Source of the DNA: an uncultured Candidatus Saccharibacteria bacterium
GTDB taxonomy: Bacteria > Patescibacteriota > Minisyncoccia > Phycocordibacterales > UBA9973
NCBI GenBank assembly: GCA_964626965.1
Contig: CAZVHB010000003.1
Location: forward strand, 12,256-76,255
Direction of reading: 5' to 3'
Length of the DNA: 64,000 nt
Shown: in pieces, positions 48,263 to 56,524 of the stretch
Numbering within the stretch: position 1 is the stretch's first letter
Layout: each line of letters begins with the position of its first letter
Position numbers and translations under genes: made by a program
Notes under the pieces: generated by a model
What the model was told of the DNA's origin: nothing
Databases searched by the model: none
The model's input: the letters and a program-made list of their open reading frames with translations, nothing else

Positions 48263-48309
48263 TCTATTACAAAAATACTAACACTCTGAAAAGATGCTAG
48301 TATTTTTTT

Positions 48310-48753
48310 CTATCTCACCTTATAGTCTCTTGCAATACTTCTATCTGTATCTCGTTTCTTAAGCGTCTCTCGTTTGTCATGAGATTTTTTTCCACGACAG
48401 AGCGCTATTTTTACTTTGATCAGATTTTTCTCACCGTACACGACGAGCGGAATAATCGTATTCCCTTTTAGTTCCCCGTCTTTCTCAAGAATACCAATCT
48501 GTTTTTTATGCAACAGAAGTTTTCGTGTTGCGAGTGGGTCATACCCGAGTGGTGTGTTTCCGACTTGATACGGGTCAATCTTCATACCCACAATGTACAC
48601 CTCTCCTCCACGGATGAGACACCGTGAACCGACAATAGAAGCTCTCCCATTTTTGACAGATTTTACCTCAAAACCCAAAAGCTTGATCCCCGCTTCATAG
48701 GTATCAAGTATTTCATAGTCGAATCGTGCTTTACTGTTCTCTGCGTACGTCAT
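48310..48753 (-). CDS. smpB: SsrA-binding protein SmpB
   Basis: 'KARFDYEILDTYEAGIKLLGFEVKS...GGEVYIVGMKIDPY...ATRKLLLHKKQI'. Start chosen at MTYAENSK; the ORF-track start adds 24 aa. Confidence 0.85.
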   Translation of the reverse strand: MTYAENSKARFDYEILDTYEAGIKLLGFEVKSVKNGRASIVGSRCLIRGGEVYIVGMKIDPYQVGNTPLGYDPLATRKLLLHKKQIGILEKDGELKGNTIIPLVVYGEKNLIKVKIALCRGKKSHDKRETLKKRDTDRSIARDYKVR

Positions 48754-48790
48754 TATGTCTATTATACAGAAATTATTGTAAAATGGATGA

Positions 48791-50134
48791 ATGCAAGAAA
48801 ATACACCATCTATCAAATTTACCATCTCAGGACTCCGCGGAGTCTGGGGAGAAAATTTAAATGAAACAGTCGCTCGTGAATATATCAGTGCATTTGCAGT
48901 CTTTCTTCAAAAACACGGCGCGAAAAAAATCCTTATCGGTAACGACGCCCGAAAATCTGGTCCTATTATAAAAAGTATTGCGATTGAAATTCTCACGAAC
49001 GCTGGTTTTGATATTATCGACACAGGTCTCACTCCAACACCAACGGTACTCTTTCTCGTGCGGACACTCGGTCTCGATGGAGCGATCATGCTCACTGCAT
49101 CACACAACCCACCAGAATATAACGGAATCAAATTTATCACAAACAAAGCACTCTTCACGAGTGCACAAGAAGTTGCGGAGATACAAAGCTACCTCGGACA
49201 ACAATATAATTCAGGACAAACAGGAACAGTCTATGTCGATGACACACTCACACAAAAACACATCGATCATATTCTTAGTCACGTTGATGTCGAACTTATC
49301 AAAAGTAAAAAGTTCACTGTCGTTCTCGATGCTATCAATAGTGTCGGATCTTTTATGGGACCACGACTTCTCGAAGCACTCGGCTGTGCTGTCACAACAC
49401 TAAACGCTATTCCTGATGGAAATTTTGCTCACACACCCGAACCACTCGCAGAAAACCTGACAGGACTCGGTGAAAAAGTGCGCGAGACAAAAGCCGATAT
49501 CGGCTTTGCACTTGACCCAGATGGTGACCGTCTCGTTGTTTGTGATGAAACAGGAACCGTAGTCTTTGAAGAATACACCCTCTCACTTGCAATCAATGCA
49601 GTGCTGAAAAAAACTCCGGGTGATATCGTTACAAACCTCTCAACAACAAACACCAACAAAGACCTCGTCGAAAAAGTTGGTTTCAAAAACTACCGCACTA
49701 AAGTCGGCGAAGCGAATGTTGTAGAAGGGATCACAAAACACAACGCGGTTATCGGTGGTGAAGGTGGAGGTGGAGTTATTTATCCAAAAGTAAATCTCGC
49801 TCGTGATGGTTTTGTTGGCATAGCGCTCATCCTCGAATCACTCGCACTTGAAAACAAAAATGTTTCTCAGATTATTGATGGTTTTTCAAAATATATTTTC
49901 ATCAAAGAAAAAATGCCGTTTTCTGGTGACCTGAGTGTGGCAATACAAAAAGTAATCGCGCTCTTCCCTGAAGGTATTGCCGACATACAAGACGGACTTC
50001 GTATCGACTTTGCTGACAATTCATGGATTCAGCTTCGCGCATCAAACACCGAGCCAATCATTCGTATTTATGCAGAAGGAAAAAATAGAGAGAGTATTGT
50101 AGAGAAAGTAGAGCTTATGAAGAAAAATTTATAA
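48791..50134 (+). CDS. phosphohexomutase (phosphoglucosamine mutase GlmM / phosphomannomutase family)
   Basis: Active-site 'LTASHNPPEYNGIKF', Mg site 'DPDGDR', 'GGEGGGG' sugar loop. Confidence 0.8.
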   Translation: MQENTPSIKFTISGLRGVWGENLNETVAREYISAFAVFLQKHGAKKILIGNDARKSGPIIKSIAIEILTNAGFDIIDTGLTPTPTVLFLVRTLGLDGAIMLTASHNPPEYNGIKFITNKALFTSAQEVAEIQSYLGQQYNSGQTGTVYVDDTLTQKHIDHILSHVDVELIKSKKFTVVLDAINSVGSFMGPRLLEALGCAVTTLNAIPDGNFAHTPEPLAENLTGLGEKVRETKADIGFALDPDGDRLVVCDETGTVVFEEYTLSLAINAVLKKTPGDIVTNLSTTNTNKDLVEKVGFKNYRTKVGEANVVEGITKHNAVIGGEGGGGVIYPKVNLARDGFVGIALILESLALENKNVSQIIDGFSKYIFIKEKMPFSGDLSVAIQKVIALFPEGIADIQDGLRIDFADNSWIQLRASNTEPIIRIYAEGKNRESIVEKVELMKKNL

Positions 50135-50189
50135 ATTAAAAAAAACGTTTAATTAAAAACGCTTTTTTGTATCGTATTTCTACCTTGAT

Positions 50190-50552
50190 TTAGGAAAGTG
50201 ATAGTGTTACTGTTTCACAGTAATTAATCCACTCTGACGGCGCTTGTTTTGCGTATCCGATTTCTGTTGGATATGGAGACGGAGGTAAATCACGATCTTC
50301 AATGATTGCCTCAATCAATGAAACCCAGGCGATAAAGAGCTCGTAACATAGTGCTTCACTGTGACCTCTGTGAGCAAAAGTTTGTAGTTCTTGCGAAATG
50401 TGAGGGAGTGTATCAGTAGGACTTCTTTTTTGTAGTTCCTGTCTTGCCAAAGAACGTGACATCTTGATGGACAAACTATGCACATCATACAAGATGTCAT
50501 TTTGATAACGCGCAATGAGGTCGGCGATAGGGGTAAGTTCGGTGATTTCCAT
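50190..50552 (-). CDS. hypothetical protein
   Basis: 120-aa ORF, no recognisable domain. Confidence 0.35.
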   Translation of the reverse strand: MEITELTPIADLIARYQNDILYDVHSLSIKMSRSLARQELQKRSPTDTLPHISQELQTFAHRGHSEALCYELFIAWVSLIEAIIEDRDLPPSPYPTEIGYAKQAPSEWINYCETVTLSLS

Positions 50553-50630
50553 ATTTTATTTTTTAGATGGTGAAGAAATTTATACCTACTTTACTTTTCT
50601 TAAGAGCTTTTGTCAATCACTCGTTTTTAC

Positions 50631-51365
50631 CTAATCTCCTACTTTTGTCCTCTTGATTGAAAATGTTGTCATTGGCACTCCGAGTCTTATACCAATATCT
50701 GACACAAGCTGACGAACATAGGTTCCACTTCCGCATTCGACAACACAAGAAATAAGTTGAAATTCATCTTGTGAAGATTGCAATAAAATATCTTTCCATT
50801 TCATAAGTATTTCTTCTTGCCTGAAATCCCCTACTACTTTTGAAATACGCTCAATAATTTGTTTTTCTAATTCATCTTTTTTAAGTATCACCGCACTAGT
50901 ACACTGAAGTGTATATATCTCAACCTGATGAGTTGGGCTTTCAATAACAGTTCCCTCTCGCGCATACGTGTGAAGCTGTTTTCCATCAACTGTTTTTGAA
51001 GAATACACTGGATAGGATTGTTCTTGTTTACCAATGAAAGAATCTAAAACATTTTTTAAATTTCCTGGATTCCGGATTAAATCCGGAATGACAACAGGGT
51101 TACCTTTTGTAACTAACCCAAGCAAATCATACGTATCTGTTTCAAAACCAACCAAGATTTCAAACTCATACGTTTTATCAAGCCCGGTGTATTTTTCTTT
51201 TTCTTTACATGCTTCACCTTCAAGGATGATCATAAGTCCTTCCGCCATCGGGTCAAGCCTACCAGCATAGGTCATTGGAATAGTGTTTTCAATTCCCTTC
51301 TCCAAACGAACCCGCTCAAGACACATGAGCGGTGTTTCTCCTAAATTTTTATAAACGATATGCAT
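50631..51365 (-). CDS. truB: tRNA pseudouridine(55) synthase TruB
   Basis: 'YAGRLDPMAEGLMIIL' catalytic-Asp motif. Start chosen at MHIVYK; the ORF-track start adds 32 aa. Confidence 0.8.
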   Translation of the reverse strand: MHIVYKNLGETPLMCLERVRLEKGIENTIPMTYAGRLDPMAEGLMIILEGEACKEKEKYTGLDKTYEFEILVGFETDTYDLLGLVTKGNPVVIPDLIRNPGNLKNVLDSFIGKQEQSYPVYSSKTVDGKQLHTYAREGTVIESPTHQVEIYTLQCTSAVILKKDELEKQIIERISKVVGDFRQEEILMKWKDILLQSSQDEFQLISCVVECGSGTYVRQLVSDIGIRLGVPMTTFSIKRTKVGD

Positions 51366-51572
51366 ACGCGCCAAGTATACTATACTATCTTTATTTTTCG
51401 ACACTCTACCCTTTGACCACAAGCGGGCGAAGCCCGCACACCCCTCCCCCTCAAGCGACACAAAAATACGCTTATTATGTTGTCTGGCCTCGTCTCGAGG
51501 AGAACCGAGGACAACATAATGAGCATATTTTTGTGTCGCGATCTTTTTTTGACATTTTCCCAGAAAAAAGCT

Positions 51573-52196
51573 ATGATAGGTCTATTCGTAACTCGTTCGA
51601 TCTACTTAAAGAATGCCGTTACAAATTCACAATTTTTGAAAGAAAGAATCAACCAACAAATACGCGCCAAAGAAGTGCGTGTCATAGGACCGGATGGTGA
51701 GAATATTGGAGTTTTTCCAATAGAAGAAGCATTAAAACAAGCAGAAATGCAGGGACTTGATCTTATTGAAATTGGCCCAAATGCGACACCACCCATTGTG
51801 AAAATAATGGAATTTGGTAAGTATCAGTATGAACTAGCAAAAAAGCAAAAGAAAATGAAAGCTGGTTCAAAAACTACTGAAACCAAAGCAATCCAAGTAA
51901 AACCAGGTACAGGTGATCATGATCTTGCGCTCAAAGCAAAGAAAGCGTCAGAGTGGCTTACAGAAGGACACCGTATCAAAGTTGAACTCTTTCTTCCTGG
52001 GAGAAGTAAGTACATTAATGAAGACTTTCTTAAAGCAAGACTTCAAAAGATACTCACACTCATCAGTGAGCCACATAAAGTGGCAGAAGAACTCAAAAGA
52101 GGCCCTAAAGGATTCTTGGTTACCATTGAACGAGACAGTAGTAAGAAAAAAGTAGAAAAAGAAGTAGTAGACACAGAAACAAGTACCGCGCTTTAA
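51573..52196 (+). CDS. infC: translation initiation factor IF-3 (start codon uncertain; IF-3 genes often use non-AUG starts)
   Basis: 'ERINQQIRAKEVRVIGPDGENIGVFPIEEALKQAEMQGLDLIEI...'; followed by rpmI-rplT. Confidence 0.85.
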   Translation: MIGLFVTRSIYLKNAVTNSQFLKERINQQIRAKEVRVIGPDGENIGVFPIEEALKQAEMQGLDLIEIGPNATPPIVKIMEFGKYQYELAKKQKKMKAGSKTTETKAIQVKPGTGDHDLALKAKKASEWLTEGHRIKVELFLPGRSKYINEDFLKARLQKILTLISEPHKVAEELKRGPKGFLVTIERDSSKKKVEKEVVDTETSTAL

Positions 52197-52231
52197 CGTC
52201 GTCGCACGGCACAGTTCTCAAAATCATATAT

Positions 52232-52417
52232 ATGAAAACAAATAAATCAGTTACAAAAAGATTGAAGATTACATCCACTGGAAAGCTTATGGCTCGAAAA
52301 CCTGGATTTAACCACTTTAATGCAAAACAGAGTCGAACAAAGCAATTAGCTGGACGGAAAGGTGTTGAATTTGCAATGGATGCAAAACTCAAAAACAAAC
52401 TTCTCCCTTATTCATAA
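52232..52417 (+). CDS. rpmI: 50S ribosomal protein L35
   Basis: 'MKTNKSVTKRLKITSTGKLMARK...'; 61 aa. Confidence 0.85.
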   Translation: MKTNKSVTKRLKITSTGKLMARKPGFNHFNAKQSRTKQLAGRKGVEFAMDAKLKNKLLPYS

Positions 52418-52429
52418 TAAACCTAGTAT

Positions 52430-52774
52430 ATGTCACGAGTAAAAAGAGGAACAATAAAAAACAAAAAACGTATTAATGTATTGAAGCAGGTAAAAGGTTA
52501 CCGTTTCGGACGAAGTACGAAAGAAGCAGCAGCAAAAGAAGCTATCAACCACGCAGGAACATACGCTTTTGCTCACCGAAAGGACAAGAAGAATGATTTT
52601 CGAACATTGTGGAACATCAAGATTGGTGCAGAAAGTACAAAAGAAGGACTTTCTTACTCAAAATTGATCGCAAAGATGAAAGAAAAAAGTATCCAGCTCG
52701 ACCGAAAGATCCTTGCTGATATTGCAGAAAACAACATCGCAAGTTTCAATAGAATCATTGCGAAGATTAAATAA
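52430..52774 (+). CDS. rplT: 50S ribosomal protein L20
   Basis: 'MSRVKRGTIKNKKRINVLKQVKGYRFGRS...'; 114 aa. Confidence 0.9.
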   Translation: MSRVKRGTIKNKKRINVLKQVKGYRFGRSTKEAAAKEAINHAGTYAFAHRKDKKNDFRTLWNIKIGAESTKEGLSYSKLIAKMKEKSIQLDRKILADIAENNIASFNRIIAKIK

Positions 52775-52779
52775 TAAAA

Positions 52780-52813
52780 TAAAAAGAGCGCGACCTACGG
52801 TCGCGCTCTTTTT
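52780..52813. terminator. bidirectional terminator (near-identical hairpin to the one at 31929-31959)
   Basis: AAAAAGAGCGCGACC-TAC-GGTCGCGCTCTTTTTG. Confidence 0.75.
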
Positions 52814-52821
52814 GTATCTAT

Positions 52822-54201
52822 TTAGAATTCTATATATGCTTTTTCATTCTCAAGCGGTGCAATCGCATCTACTCCGAGCGTATCACGTAAACGTTGTGTG
52901 AGGAAAAATGAAGACTTTGGTTCCCCCATCGCGACGAAAACTTTCTTGAGTGTTTTGGTTGCATCAGATACAAATTCAACAAGGTGATCAGAATCTTTGT
53001 GACCAGAGTATCCACTAATTTTTTCTACGCGTGCATGCACTGGAATCTTGTCACCAAAGAGATAAATGTACTCTGCTTTATCTTCTATTCTGCGTCCGAC
53101 TGTTCCCGCTGACTGGTACCCAATCAACAGAATTGTATTATTTGGATTTGGGAGGTAGTTGTGTTCATGATGCATGACGCGTCCACCATTACTCATACCA
53201 GAGCCTGCGATTACTACTTTTGGAAATGGACTTGTTAAAATATCTTTTGAATCTTCAGTATCGAGTGTAATCTGAAGCCCAGGGAAAGTAAAAATATCAT
53301 CCCCTCTTCGAATTTGTTCCTGTGCACTATTATTGAAATACTTAGTGTACTTTCTGTACACATCAGTTACATGAATACCAAGCGGTGAATCCAAAAAGAT
53401 ATGCATTTCTGGAATTTGTTTTTTTGAAACAAGCTGGTCTATTTCAAACAAGAGTTCTTGAGTTCGCTCAAGAGAAAATGTCGGGATAACAAGCGCTCCT
53501 TTTCGATTGTAATTTTCCATCAAAAACTTTTTGAGGTTTTCAGTTCGTGCATCTCGAGCTTCATGGTTGCGATCACCGTAGACACTTTCCATAAGCATAT
53601 AGTCGATATTAGTAATCTTTTCAGTATCACGAAGGAGTGGTGACGGTGAGTTACCGAGGTCCCCGGTGAAGAGCATTCTTTTTCCATCTCGAGAAAACTC
53701 AATCATTGCAGATCCGAGAATGTGCCCCGCATCACGAAGGACAACATAGACATCATCCTCAAGCTTAATACCTTGATGGTATTCGAATCCTTCCCATGAG
53801 GTAAATGCTTTTTTGAGATTATCGTGCGTATAGATAGTGTTGAGCGCAAACTCTTCATTATCCCCCAATATCATCATCGTATCAATGAGCATCGGCACAG
53901 CGAGATCTTTTGTTGCATCAGTTGAAATAATACGTCCCCGAAACCCATCGTTTATGAGCTTTGGGATACGTCCGATATGGTCAATATGTGAATGTGTGAT
54001 AAAGAGAATATCGATAGAAGCTGGGTCATAGATAAACGGAGCCCAGTTTTTTTCATCAGCGAGTTTGGTTGATTGTTCGAGTCCACAGTCAATTAAAAAT
54101 TTCCAGACTTTTCCATTTTTCCCAGGTACTTCAAATAAAAAATTTGCTCCGGTTACAGAGCCCGCTCCTGAACAAAATGTAATGGTCGATGTATTCTTCA
54201 T
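52822..54201 (-). CDS. MBL-fold beta-CASP ribonuclease (RNase J-like)
   Basis: 'ILFITHSHIDHIG' metallo-beta-lactamase motif plus beta-CASP region; 459 aa. Confidence 0.65.
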   Translation of the reverse strand: MKNTSTITFCSGAGSVTGANFLFEVPGKNGKVWKFLIDCGLEQSTKLADEKNWAPFIYDPASIDILFITHSHIDHIGRIPKLINDGFRGRIISTDATKDLAVPMLIDTMMILGDNEEFALNTIYTHDNLKKAFTSWEGFEYHQGIKLEDDVYVVLRDAGHILGSAMIEFSRDGKRMLFTGDLGNSPSPLLRDTEKITNIDYMLMESVYGDRNHEARDARTENLKKFLMENYNRKGALVIPTFSLERTQELLFEIDQLVSKKQIPEMHIFLDSPLGIHVTDVYRKYTKYFNNSAQEQIRRGDDIFTFPGLQITLDTEDSKDILTSPFPKVVIAGSGMSNGGRVMHHEHNYLPNPNNTILLIGYQSAGTVGRRIEDKAEYIYLFGDKIPVHARVEKISGYSGHKDSDHLVEFVSDATKTLKKVFVAMGEPKSSFFLTQRLRDTLGVDAIAPLENEKAYIEF

Positions 54202-54213
54202 GTATAGAGTATA

Positions 54214-54624
54214 CTACAGAATTTTCCTTTTTATCAAAAAAAGGATACTCACACATCCGCCAGCAAGATCAAAGCCGAAGTCACTGAATGTATCGAGGTA
54301 GTTTGGAACTCTAGTTGAAAAACTATGATCGATGAAGAATTCATAGAACTCCCAGCCGATACTCAGTACAAATACCCAAAATAAAATAATCAAAACCCAA
54401 TAATACTTTTTTGAGAAATCTGTTTGTTTGTAGAAAAAGAGGATACAATACACAACCAAAAAACCGAGAAATACTCCTCCGAGAAAATGCATTGGCATAT
54501 CAAAATACCAGTATCTCCAATAGAGAAACTGTGCTTGCGCGACAGAATGGAGTATAAAAATAAAAGCCACAAGTGCAAGGAGCATTCGTGAAAAGTGTTT
54601 TTGTGAGACGGCTTGTTTTTCCAT
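54214..54624 (-). CDS. small polytopic membrane protein (possibly VanZ-like)
   Basis: Four predicted TM helices; 136 aa. Confidence 0.4.
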   Translation of the reverse strand: MEKQAVSQKHFSRMLLALVAFIFILHSVAQAQFLYWRYWYFDMPMHFLGGVFLGFLVVYCILFFYKQTDFSKKYYWVLIILFWVFVLSIGWEFYEFFIDHSFSTRVPNYLDTFSDFGFDLAGGCVSILFLIKRKIL

Positions 54625-55034
54625 ACAATAAGTATATCATAACAACCTCATCCCCCGCCTTCTCCTAGCCAGGAGAAGGAGCTTACTACAGAGTATCTTG
54701 ATTCTTTCCTCCTCTCCTGACTAGGAGAGGAGTTAGAGGTGAGGTTGAAAATACTGAGACAAAACATTAAAAGAAACAAGGAGAAGTTCCTAAAGAAAAA
54801 ACGCACTTTCGTGCATTTACTCTTTAGGATTATCGATCCGATATTACTATAGTCCTTTGGTATAAAGGTGGGTACCGTGTGCAACATTCCAAGGAATAAT
54901 ACAAGTCAGGCCCCTAGTAATACGCGTTCTAAGTAATACTTCTCAATAATCCTACCTGGAGTATACGCTACGAGTGACGCTTGTTGCAAGGAAAAAAATG
55001 TTTTTTAATGAATTTTTTGAGACTAAAAATAAAC

Positions 55035-55056
55035 AAAATCCCCTCTCGGGGATTTT
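55035..55056. terminator. bidirectional terminator downstream of ndk
   Basis: AAAATCCCC-TCTC-GGGGATTTT. Confidence 0.7.
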
Positions 55057-55074
55057 GTGTTAAAAAATTATTTC

Positions 55075-55542
55075 TTATTTGTGTTCTGCGTAAATAAAGT
55101 CTACATCAATTTTTTCATATGTGAAAAGTTCTTCCATATTGAAAAATCGAGAAACTTCAGCAATCCCTGATTCAACAGAGTCAGACGCATGAACGATGTT
55201 TGATTGAGTTGAGAGAGAAAAATCTCCACGGATTGTTCCAGCTGTTGCTTCCCATGCTTTTGTTGGACCAACAAGGAGACGAATAGCAGAGATTGCATTG
55301 ATACCTTCAAGAGCAACGACGATCACAGGACATGCTTTCATGAAGTCACGAATCCCAGGGAAAAATGGCTTGTCTTTGATGTGTGCATAGTGTTCTTCAA
55401 GAACTGCATCTTCAACGGTCATCATTTTAAGACCGATAATTTTGAGACCTTTTTGCTCAAAGCGCTTGATGATTTCACCTGTAAGATTTCTCTGTACTGC
55501 GTCTGGTTTGATAATAATCAATGATTTTTCGTATTGTGGCAT
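55075..55542 (-). CDS. ndk: nucleoside-diphosphate kinase
   Basis: 'SLIIIKPDAVQRNLTGEIIKRFE', active-site His in 'NIVHASDS'. Confidence 0.9.
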   Translation of the reverse strand: MPQYEKSLIIIKPDAVQRNLTGEIIKRFEQKGLKIIGLKMMTVEDAVLEEHYAHIKDKPFFPGIRDFMKACPVIVVALEGINAISAIRLLVGPTKAWEATAGTIRGDFSLSTQSNIVHASDSVESGIAEVSRFFNMEELFTYEKIDVDFIYAEHK

Positions 55543-55625
55543 ATGTATATGTTTAACTAATATACACTCACTATACCAAAAAATCCTTGTTTTGCAAGGA
55601 TTTTTAAAATATAAGCTTCTGTGTT

Positions 55626-56477
55626 ATGGTGGATTTAATGCAAGCAAAAATAATCAAAATTCTTAAAACAATCTGGTCACTTGCGAAACTCGGACTCATG
55701 CTCTTGGGTGCTTTTGTTGTGGTACTTTTTGTACTCCATGAACTTGGGCTGACTAATGTTCCTGGAAGTATCACTCGAGTTAATAAAATTAAGAGCACTA
55801 GTGTAGCAAAAAACCAAGCAGAGAAATTGGAAAAGTATCCATGGCTCACATCTCGTGAATGGAACGTGGTAAAGATTGGACTGAGTAACGATGAAGAGAT
55901 TCTCAATGAAGTAGCGAAACAAGTTGATCTCTCCCCTCGCATTATTGCTGGTGCTGTCATCGGAGAACAAATCCGTTTCTTTACCACTGATCGCGCACAA
56001 TTTGAAAGTTACTTTGAGCCAGTAAAGAAATTTATCAACCTCACACAATTTTCTTACGGCATCGCCGGCATCAAACCAGACACCGCGCTCTTTGTTGAAG
56101 AAAATATAAAGAATCCAAATTCAAAATTTTACTTAGGAGAAAAATATGCGCACATGCTCGACTACGCACCAGGTGTAAATGCAGACAACGAGAGAATCAA
56201 AAGACTCAATGACGAAAGTCACCGGTATTCATATCTCTATGTCGCACTGATTCAAAAAATGCTCATCGCGCAGTGGAAAAAAGCTGGATTCGATATCAGT
56301 AAAGATCCAGGTGTGATCGCGAGTCTCTACAATATTGGATTCTCTAGATCCAAACCACATGCAAATCCAGGTATTGGTGGCGTACCAATAACCATTGAGG
56401 GTAAAACATATTCATTCGGAGAACTCGCTGACGACTTTTACTGGTCTGGAGAATTATCCGAATACTTTAAATACTAA
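55626..56477 (+). CDS. membrane-anchored hypothetical protein
   Basis: N-terminal TM 'LGLMLLGAFVVVLFVL'; 283 aa; no recognised domain. Confidence 0.4.
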   Translation: MVDLMQAKIIKILKTIWSLAKLGLMLLGAFVVVLFVLHELGLTNVPGSITRVNKIKSTSVAKNQAEKLEKYPWLTSREWNVVKIGLSNDEEILNEVAKQVDLSPRIIAGAVIGEQIRFFTTDRAQFESYFEPVKKFINLTQFSYGIAGIKPDTALFVEENIKNPNSKFYLGEKYAHMLDYAPGVNADNERIKRLNDESHRYSYLYVALIQKMLIAQWKKAGFDISKDPGVIASLYNIGFSRSKPHANPGIGGVPITIEGKTYSFGELADDFYWSGELSEYFKY

Positions 56478-56480
56478 ACA

Positions 56481-56516
56481 AAAAAAGCCGACGCGCTCCG
56501 CGCTTCGGCTTTTTTA
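56481..56516. terminator. bidirectional terminator between convergent genes
   Basis: AAAAAAGCCGACGCGCTCCGCGCTTCGGCTTTTTT. Confidence 0.75.
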
Positions 56517-56524
56517 ATATACAT

